Notes under the pieces: generated by a model
The model's input: the letters and a program-made list of their open reading frames with translations, nothing else
The model's database searches: none
What the model was told of the DNA's origin: nothing
Shown here: positions 23,608 to 32,520 of the stretch, one piece after another
Position numbering within the stretch: position 1 is the stretch's first letter
Layout of the letters: each line of letters opens with the position of its first letter
Program-made: the position numbers and the translations under genes
From: Iphione sp. A-MEVVRFRX5
Lineage: Eukaryota
Direction: 5' to 3'
Assembly (NCBI GenBank): GCA_976226885.1
Contig: OZ320321.1
Span: 2,046,001 to 2,110,000 of the forward strand
DNA length: 64,000 nt

Positions 23608-25062
23608 TCATGCTGAAGCTGCGCCTTGGGGGGGAGCTGCCGATGCCCTGCGAATCTGGCTGCGAACATCCATAAGCATGGCACCTAGACGATTGGCGCC
23701 ACGCCACGTTGCGATGTCGGAAGCATACGGGGAAGAGATGGTTTGACCAGTACCCCAAACCTGGTCACGAGCTGCCCATCCGATCCTTCGTTCTGCCGTC
23801 TCAAGAAGAACGCGACGTGGGTAGGGGTGTGCCTTGTAGAAGACTGGAAGCGCCTGCTGTAGGATGATGATTTCTCTCTGCACCGATTGATCCGAATGCG
23901 TCTTCCTCAGTGCATGCAACAGAGGGGTAAGACGACGAGGATCTGGGTCGCATCGTGCTCGCCGTGCTGTCAAAGCATCTCCAACCTGCTTTGCAATTTG
24001 AACAACGAGGTAATTGAGGAGCGATGGAAATTCTTCAGCCTGAAACACGGTGGGAGCGTAGAATTCCAACGCAAGAGGATGATGCAACCCGAAATAAGCA
24101 TAAGCTTCATTGGACACCTTCGAACACAGGACCTCCGGAGCCACAGCTGCAGGTAGCATATCAAGGGATTTAACCGTGTAGACCTTGCCGTCCAGGTGTA
24201 ATTCTTCATCCTTCAAACGAACCGAGGTGAAAGCCCCAGACTGCTTGGCCGCTTTAACTACTCGATATAAAATAGCACGGTCCTCCCGAATTTTATCCGG
24301 CAAGTCCTCTCGCACCCATATTTGAGCCGCTTGGTAATTACGAAGATGTGTACGTGCGTTCCAAACTCTATTGCGGTCATAAAGCGTTTGAAAGCGTACA
24401 ATCACTGATCTACGAGGTGTACCAGCTGGGCCTAAGCGATGAAGTGTATCAATTTGAACATTCGTAAGACCCAATTGATACTGAAATAAGTCTATCATAG
24501 TGGAATAAAGTAGATCATTCGACTCTGACTGTCTCTCGAAAATTCCGTCGAAACATAGGTTGAGTCTTCTTGTATAACGTTCATGTTTCAAAGTATGTTG
24601 CTCCAGATTGGAGAGCTTACGAGAATCAGCCTCAAAAAGCCTGGTGAGCGAAGTGATTTGATCTCCCATTTTCGAAATCAGCTGTTCATGATGAGCAAGG
24701 GTGTTATCAATTCTCTGAGAAGTTTTAGTTGAGACTCCGATATCTTTTTGGACGTGTTCTAGCCTACCTTCTACCATAGTTACTCGTGTACGAACAGAAT
24801 CACTATCCTTATTGAGTGTAGCAATATGAGTATTCAATTTCTGAAGCTCTTTAAGAACAACCTGTAGCTCACCAGATGATCCCTCAGCATCAGGCAATGT
24901 CGGAACGTTGGGAGTCGGAGTGTCTTCAACAGCAAGAACTTTGACGGGAATTTCAGGCGAGCTGTTTGTAGAGTGTGCTCGATCCGCTTGTTTCCTTTTA
25001 GTAGAAACCTTGTCAACATCCATGTCTGTTGGTTCGTCACATTTCTCCACCGTTGAGGCCAT
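23608..25062 (-). CDS. LINE ORF1 protein, 484 aa (530 aa from the upstream in-frame ATG at 25200): coiled coil + RRM + CTD + C-terminal NADAR/YbiA-like domain
   Basis: Heptad-like region, then L1-ORF1 motifs RRLNLCFDGI, HRLG, VIVRF, VREDLP. The C-terminal ~155 aa contain LLET..RIGWAARDQVWGTG...WRGANRLGAMLMDVR, matching the NADAR signature. Confidence 0.9.
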   Translation of the reverse strand: MASTVEKCDEPTDMDVDKVSTKRKQADRAHSTNSSPEIPVKVLAVEDTPTPNVPTLPDAEGSSGELQVVLKELQKLNTHIATLNKDSDSVRTRVTMVEGRLEHVQKDIGVSTKTSQRIDNTLAHHEQLISKMGDQITSLTRLFEADSRKLSNLEQHTLKHERYTRRLNLCFDGIFERQSESNDLLYSTMIDLFQYQLGLTNVQIDTLHRLGPAGTPRRSVIVRFQTLYDRNRVWNARTHLRNYQAAQIWVREDLPDKIREDRAILYRVVKAAKQSGAFTSVRLKDEELHLDGKVYTVKSLDMLPAAVAPEVLCSKVSNEAYAYFGLHHPLALEFYAPTVFQAEEFPSLLNYLVVQIAKQVGDALTARRARCDPDPRRLTPLLHALRKTHSDQSVQREIIILQQALPVFYKAHPYPRRVLLETAERRIGWAARDQVWGTGQTISSPYASDIATWRGANRLGAMLMDVRSQIRRASAAPPQGAASA

Positions 25063-25575
25063 ATTGTGGATGTAGCGTCGAATAACAACACGGAACGGGG
25101 GAGAGAAATGCCAGTTGGGAGGAGGATAGCAGACGACTTTTGCGGGAAGTAAATACCGCGTGACGTCACGACATAATGTGGTGCGCATGCTCACATACAT
25201 TATCGTCCGCGGAAATAAATAAGCAAGAAAAAGCAGAAAGATACGAAGAGCGTGATGAAATACAGTAAAATAATAACTCCTCCATGTTCTAGGAACCTTC
25301 AGACATTATATGGCACATTTTGAGCCTAAAATAATAAGAGAAAATAAAGAAAAATAAGCTTCTCTCACGACCGTCCGTTCAGAGCGTCATTGCTTGCTGT
25401 TGCCAACCGGAAGTCCCGGGCTATTATTCCAGCCTTGTGCTGGGATACAGTGAGCTTACTGACCTCTAGTGGGGGGTATGGTAAACAAGTGTGTACCAAC
25501 ACTGTTGGTATGCAAAAGAAAATAGTTCCACATACTAAAAATATGTGATTTATTTAAATCTCAAGGCTAGAATAA

Positions 25576-25726
25576 AGACAAAACCAGTACAGTGAGCTAT
25601 GGATGATGCCAAATACTCGTTCAGGTAGCATTATCATACCAAACTCGGCCTTCCGGCCTTGTATGGTATTCATGCTACCTGAACTTGTATTTGGCTTCAT
25701 CCAAGCACACTGTACCAGTTTTGTCT
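25576..25726. repeat. Imperfect foldback palindrome (arms about 72-75 bp, loop ttcc), likely part of a MITE-like element
   Basis: Left arm agacaaaacc...ctcggcc pairs with the reverse complement of ggccttg...ttttgtct at roughly four in five positions. Confidence 0.8.
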
Positions 25727-26169
25727 AAGTACCAGTGTGACTGCACTGTTCCTTCAGTATATATTCAAGTGCAGTGTAGGTCTGCCATTGGCACTGCACT
25801 TGAATATATAGGTACTGATTGTTTGACGAGGCTAAGCCCTTTCCTCTCTGAAAGCTACCGAGTCAGTGTTCCTGCCAGCTTTTTGCTAGAGACCATATAG
25901 CCTTTTTTGTTGTGGTTGTAACTATGGTGACAGCTGCTTCCTGCCTTATTCAGGTATCACTGCAGTGTCCCTTTTCATGAATAAATAAATAAAGGCTTAA
26001 TGTTTTGTTACCTATGACACGGTTTAGACGGTTGTCTCATCAGGCTTTTGGTGTATGATAGTAATGTGTGGAGTCTATATGGGGAGCATAATGGTTTTGC
26101 TTATAGCATTATTTGGTTAGAAAAAAACAGATAGTGTTTTTTTTTATATTATATATATTTTGAATATAT

Positions 26170-26460
26170 ACTGAGTGTCAGTACTGGGCCATTAGGCAGA
26201 CAATTTACATTTCTGTACTGGCCCAGTACTGATAGCCTGTACTGGACCGTTATCTTAAAGTGTACTGGTCTGGTATGGGTCTATTACAGTTATGTTAACT
26301 GGGCCAGTACAGGGTTGATACTGCACATGTAAGGACTGCCAGTACTGGACTGTTGGGCAGCTAATTGGCATTTTGGTACTGGCCAAGTACTAATAGCCTG
26401 TACAGGACCATTATCTTAAACTGTACTGTCCAGTATGGGTCCATTATAGTCATATTTACT
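26170..26460. repeat. Diverged tandem duplication rich in cagtactg/gtactgg
   Basis: atagcctgtac...ttatcttaaa..tgtactg...gtatgggtc occurs twice, about 160 bp apart. Confidence 0.7.
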
Positions 26461-26479
26461 GCGAACCCCCTCTGAAGCC

Positions 26480-27260
26480 ATAATCATAACATCAACAGAT
26501 TAGGCCCACTTACGGTTGCATGTATAGTGATACATCATCAGCATAAATCATAACCTGCCATTTTGATATTACCAGGCAAATCATTTATCCTAACAGCAAA
26601 TATGAGGGGCCCCAGGACACTCCGCTGGGGAACCCTCCCATAACTTCAGTCTGTTCTGAGTAAGCTCCATTGCACGAGACATTGAAATCGATTCACAAGA
26701 TAGGATTTTATAAACATAATTTACCCAACCCCATTTTAGTTTATTTATGAACAAGGACCTGATGATTCACAGCATCCAAAATCTTAGAGAAGTCTACATT
26801 AGAACTGTGCCGAAGTATTTACCATTACTAATCGTATGATAGGCTGGAATTGATAGAGAAGCTGTTGCGGTGTCTGTCCCCCGCCCTTTGCAAAAGCCAT
26901 GCTGGTATGGTGACATCAAATGCTGCCTCTGAAGGAGAGATATTAACTGATCATAAACTAATCTTTCTAGCAACTTGCCAACTACCAGGAGTATTGATAC
27001 CGGCCGAAAATTCTTATCATAGAAATTCCCTTTCTTAAGTATTGGTGAGATACGGGCTGTCTTCCAGGGGTGAAGGAAGTTGTTGCTGAAAATACAAATA
27101 TTGAACAGATCCCTCAACTCGTCTCTTTAATAAGAGCCCATCTTTCAGAACTCTCATGGGTAACTCTTGTATACCCGTGGGTTTATGCATTGATAAACCG
27201 TTGACTACCTGCCTTTCACTTCTTTCACAGTGACATACTGAAATTTGCCTTCCTTCACTG
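26480..27260 (-). mobile_element. Decayed CR1/L2-type LINE reverse transcriptase fragment
   Basis: WKTARISPILKKG..KNFRPVSIL, QHGFCKGRGT, VPQRSVLGPLIF and LYADD, with stops and frameshifts. Confidence 0.85.
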
Positions 27261-27319
27261 CCTCTTCCAGAAGATATAACCACACCACTTCAATGGAGTA
27301 TTTCAGACTTGGCCAAAAT

Positions 27320-27620
27320 CTCCATGAAAGAGCTATTTTTCCGCACTCTCTCCCTGAAATTCGTCATTTTTCGGCATTTCCCCATGGAATTTGCCAGAAT
27401 CTCTGTGATATAGCTGTATTTCTGCACTTTCTCCCTGAAATTCGTCATTTTTCGGCACATTCTCCATGGGATTTGCCACAATCTCATGGATTTGTTGGTT
27501 CATAGACGCAATGTTAATAGACACCCAGGCTGTGCGTTGAGTTGCGTGAGTGGAAAACGTATGCAAAACGCATGTTAACGCACACGGATGAGAAACGCAG
27601 GTATGGAACCCGGCTCTTAA
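27320..27620. mobile_element. Probable end of a non-autonomous DNA transposon, with an 81-bp internal duplication
   Basis: ccctgaaattcgtcatttttcggca occurs twice 81 bp apart. An acgca-rich segment ends gtatggaacccggct-cttaa, resembling Harbinger-type MITE termini. No partner TIR found. Confidence 0.35.
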
Positions 27621-28721
27621 GCGGGGTCTGGAGATGCTTGCACTAATGTCCTACCACCTGTTTCCTTTAGAACCGTGCGAAACGAAATGTTATGGCTCAG
27701 CTTAGAATCCCGTAGAATCTCAACTCCTGCCGCTGCAAGCCTTCCCCCATCTTCGTTTCTCCGTTATAAAACTGCCCAGACGCCTCGCCTGGTCACTATT
27801 ATTAATTAAGCTTCACATTGGAACTCGGGCCAAAAAAGAGAAAACTATACTAAAGTTATCCATGTATTACAGAGTAGTGATATAGAAAATCTCACTACAA
27901 TATAGTCTTAGCAAATGTATCCTACATGGTTATATAATATGCATTAAAACTTCTAGGTAGAGCTCAGAAACACTTTATTAAATTGTACAAGAGGTCCTTT
28001 GCCATGTCCAGCCTAGAAGTGGCGTTAGCGTGAATTCACAGAAGTATGCTTACGTTCTTTTAATCGTTTGTATTGTGAGATATCTTAAACATTTAGGTAT
28101 GAAATGAAACAATGCCTGGTATATTGCCTGGAATGATTTTATCTGGAATTTTCATGTTACATGACTGTGATGTCATGCAAATATATCTTGACTAAGAAAA
28201 TACCTTTTTTGTTCCTTCATTTTTCATAAGGGTTATGTATCTCTCTCTATATACATCTGTATGTTAAGTTAATTGGATTCAGAACTGGGTTGGTAACAAT
28301 CTGGATGCCTTCAGCATCCTAGCTACAGCAGCTTTTTCACCCAAGCTTGCACTGACCCACGTTCACCCCGTGCGTTGGTGAGTGGTAAAAGGAAGTGGAT
28401 AGGTTAGCATGAAACAGGAGAGGGGCGAGGAGAAGCCAGCAATTGGATATCTGAGCATTGTGAAAAAGGATGTAGGCCTCGGGTTGTGTCCTCCCCCCCC
28501 CCTCCACCACTCTCCAGACTGTGTTTTATATGAGTGGTGCCCTCACTTTGTCTTGTAAAATGTCAAATCCAACCCATTCCAATTTGCATCCCTTACACAT
28601 ACATGAGGTTGAGCACCTCTCCTGAAGAGGCTATCTGAGGATACAGATACTGATGGACAGGCTGATAGTGGAACAGAGCCTGCTTCTTAATTGCCCTTCT
28701 CTTGAAGCCCCTGTTTACTGC

Positions 28722-29372
28722 TGGAGTTGGGAGTCTGGGGATGTTTGTGAGCTGGGAGTCTGGGGATGTCTGTGAGCTGGGAGTCTGGGGATGTCTGTGA
28801 GTTGGGAGTCTGGGGATGTTTGTGAGATGGGAGTCTGGAGATGTCTGTGAGCTGGGAGTCTGGAGATGTCTGTGAGTTGGGAGTCTGGGGATGTTTGTGA
28901 GCTGGGAGTCTGGGGATGTCTGTGAGTTGGGAGTCTGGAGATGCCTCTCAGCTGGGAGTCTGGGGATGTCTGTGAGCTGGGAGTCTGGGGATGTCTGTGA
29001 GCTGGGAGTCTGGAGATGTCTGTGAGCTGCGAGCCTGGGGACATCTGTGAGTAGGGTGTCTGGGGATGTTTGTGAGTTGGGAGTCTTGAGATGTCTTTGA
29101 GCTGGGAGTCTAGAGACGTCTGTGAGCTGGGAGTCTAGGGACGTCTGTGAGCTGGGAGTCTGGGGATGCCTGTGAGCTGGGAGTCTGGAGATGTCTGTGA
29201 TTTGGGAGTTTGGAGATGTCTGTGAGCTGGGAATCCGAGGATGTCTGTGAGCTGGGAGTCTGGAGATGTCTGTGAGCTGGGAATCTGGAGATGTCTGTGA
29301 GCTGGAAGTCTGGGGATTCCTGTGAGTTGGGTGTCTGGGGATGTCTGTGAGCTGGGAGTCTGGAGATGCTCC
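28722..29372. repeat. Minisatellite, 25-bp unit
   Basis: gagctgggagtctggggatgtctgt; accounts for ORFs 28593..29546 and 28715..29044. Confidence 0.95.
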
Positions 29373-30115
29373 TCTCATCTGCAGCATCTCCATTAGACTT
29401 ACATGACTGTGAAGTTCATAGCTGGGGTGGTCAGAGTTACCCCCTCCCACCCCACCTAGAAGTTCAAAACTGGGGTGGTTAGAGATGGAAGGGGTCAAAG
29501 CACAGGCTGCCATGCACCACACACACACACACTTACTCACACACACACGACGAGCGCATTGGTAAGTCTCTCTGGAGAAAATAGGGCCACATTAAAATTA
29601 TATGATTTTTGGTAGTAAGTATTCTACATACACAGAAGGTGCATAATTATCATTTGCCTTACAATATCCTAATGGATCAATCACACATATAATAGTGTAT
29701 TATCACATTCATACGAGAGGGCAGTCCTATGGTCGGACCTATTTTGGCGCAATGTTATATATAGGTAGAGTAATAATTGATCGGTGTGCGGGCTCAGATG
29801 TGCAGATGTACGTTATAGTTTGCTCGATGTATCACGTGGGTTAATAAGTCTTTCCGATCGTACGGATGACACGGGCTGTAAGAGTATGCTGGTGGACATG
29901 TGCGGCCCGGCGCGATTGGTGATCTGACTGGATAGGGTGGTCGTGATAGTATTTATCATACACGACATTTTAAACATGTGCTTGTTTGCAACAGTCAGGC
30001 TGGCGCCTATGAGACATAGAAGTGGCACAGCTCACCATCATCATCATCAGAAGACCAAGGATTCGGGTCATGCAGCAATTCCACCGTAGCCAATATGTAT
30101 TGCAGTAGGCGGAGT

Positions 30116-30423
30116 GTCATGACCCGTCTGGTATAAACACTGCATCACGGGGACCTTCCAGAGTTCCAATACTCCAATACTTCCACTCCATTACTCTGGA
30201 AATTCGGTAATGGTGCTGGATCAGATATTCGGAAATACTACAAAATATTGTGAAATGTTCTGCATGATACTGCACAGGCCCTCAGGGCACCGTTTGAATA
30301 AATAGACACGTTCTCCCTGCACCTCCCGAGAGAGACGTCCAACTTGGAGTGAACCCGATTTTCGTGTGTGGACATTCGTTATTTCATCATAGCATCTCAC
30401 CCTCGCACCAGGCCCACGTTACA
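30116..30423. mobile_element. LTR-like segment (TGTCATG...CGTTACA)
   Basis: TG..CA near-inverted termini, plus-strand TATAAA and AATAAA, preceded by purine-rich agtaggcggag. No TSD or PBS seen. Confidence 0.3.
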
Positions 30424-30479
30424 ATATAGCGCTCCCAGTGACGTGAGTCGCGAGTCTTGGCAGTGATGAGCCACCAGGT

Positions 30480-32520
30480 ATAGGGATATGACTGAGATGT
30501 TTCAGCACGCTTCGTTCACACTCAGGATATCCTCAAGAGCCGCCAGTAGGTCCCTCATCCAGACACATCAGTGTTTAAGTCACACACAAAGGCCACAAGG
30601 GCCTAACGGGTTCAGGCCAGACGTGTCCGTGGCGCACGTTGGGTGTGGGCTAGGCTGGCTGTTGTTGAACACCTGGCACATGTTGCTGAATGGTTGGTCC
30701 AGCAATGACTGTGGCCGAGGGCGACCACTCCTCTCTGGTACAAGGTGTTGCTAGACTGACACGTCTAAAAGACAATCCTCAAGCCCATAAAACATGTATA
30801 TCAATTAAATGTCTCACGAAATACATTTCTGGTCTTGGCCCATAACTACCTGGCTGTTAATGAATTTTTAATTTTACTCCTGCAATTAATTCAACTGCCC
30901 CAACGCCCTCATCACCCTGAACTTGGCTGCACTAACAACCATTATCCTAAAAAAACATTGCCTCAGCAGGAGATTCAATACATGCAGCACACTGGTAACA
31001 AAGATCCTCAATGTCCATGTCATTGGATGACCACCAAACATAAGAACATCACACTTCTTTCATTTTAACTATGCCAGGGTGGCATGCATGCAGCTCCTGG
31101 AGGATTTGATCTTGCAGCTTTGGTAGAATGATTACATGACACCCCCAGAGTAGGCAGTTGTCCTTCCGAGAGAGGACAAACCAATGCCTCCAGTAGGGGT
31201 TGATAGCCGTATCTGTACAAAGGTTAGGCTAGCCATTTCATTTCATTGTATCTTTTACCAGGAACTAGATATTCACCTATCATATGACAGGGCTCTTCCA
31301 CATCCTTTGGCCTTGGAGCATCGTTAATACATTGCAACGTATCTCTAACAGGTCTGATTCCACTGACATCCAGCAGGTGATTTCCAACATAAGAAATTGG
31401 CATTTGGCTTCACTTAATTTGACATTTGACAGTTCCAAACACTGGTACTATATCTCCGCTGTAGAAGCGGAGGCAGATGGTTGAGGCTGACAGTGGATAC
31501 TGCTGGAGCTTGCACTGGTACACCAGCTCACTAATGGTGGACACTGAAACCCCTGAATCTACTTCCATTTTGATAGTAGATGACCTTATTTTAGCATTAA
31601 CAATGTAGGATGAACACATTCAGTGTTATAAATTCTGGGTAGCTTACATTTACATTGACAAACCAGATCCTGGTGCACAGAACTGAGACCAAAAGAGGCC
31701 TCACTTCCATCTGATTCGGTGTCATAATCCTCTATTTTGTCCTACTCAACATGTTTGGTAGAACAACTGCACCCTGCTCAGAAGCTGTGCCTTGGTGTGG
31801 AGTTACCCTGATGTTTAAAGAGACACACACATGAAATGTGCCCTTTGCCACTGCAATTATGGCAGACTGCATCCTTCAGACTACATCAGCAACATGGTTG
31901 TTGTTGCCACAGCTTGGCAGTTAGGAAACTTTTCCGCAGGCCTATCATGCTGGCTATCCTGTCATCCCTCACACTGCAGTGATTTATCCTATCCATCTTC
32001 TTCTGGCATGGCACCCATCGTACAACTCTCCTTCTGTGCATTTTCATCAGCCTGGGCAGTGGCCAAAGCTGTATTATAGTCAAGCGCTACCTTATCCAGA
32101 AGGTTGGTTTGGGTCCTCTTTATCTTTGAATTTAGGTCAATCACAAGTTTATCCCTGAGGGCTTCCTCAAGGAATGTGCTAAGATTACATGCAGCGGCCA
32201 ATGATCTGATGCGAAGTGATGAATATGTTTGGATGTTCTCATCATTTCCTTGGTTGGCAGTCCAGCATTTGTGCCTCTCTGCAATAACTATGGGAGCAGG
32301 ATTGTAGTAGCCCTTCTACAGAGTAGAAAGCTGATCATATGTCTTGGTGCTGGGTCTATATGGGGCACACAAGTCCTTCAGCACACAGTACTTAATGTTA
32401 CCCGATCTCTTATCAACCTTAATGTCTTTGTACCCAATGTGGGCTTCCACAATCCTCCCACTTGTCATCCTTTTCATTGAAGGGTGGAAAACCACTATTT
32501 CCCTGTGCCATGATTGTTAC
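30480..32520 (-). mobile_element. Decayed Ty3/Gypsy (Mag-like) gag-protease-integrase remnant; RT/RNase H largely deleted
   Basis: gag MAQGNSGFPPFNEKDDKWED and LEEALRDKLV; protease KMEVDSGVSVSTI; integrase zinc-binding DNCLLWGCHVIILPKLQDQILQELHACHPGIVKMK. Confidence 0.85.

Larger units (their letters stand above)
19576..25417 (-). mobile_element. Full-length intact L1/Tx1-clade non-LTR retrotransposon (5842 bp)
   Basis: 12-bp TSD gggctattattc (19564-19575 and 25418-25429), A15 tail (19576-19590) 17 nt after AATAAA, two uninterrupted ORFs, and a 5' end GGGACTTCCGGTT. Confidence 0.95.

Noticed and set aside
19811-25169. Small ORFs overlapping LINE ORF1/ORF2 in alternative frames or antisense
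   Set aside because: All are under 115 aa with no motifs, as expected by chance within long ORFs.
28593-29546. 317-aa ORF and other long repetitive ORFs (6591, 8577, 57461, 57853, 60857, 61148)
   Set aside because: They are translations of mini- or microsatellites, open in several frames or on both strands, with no domain content.
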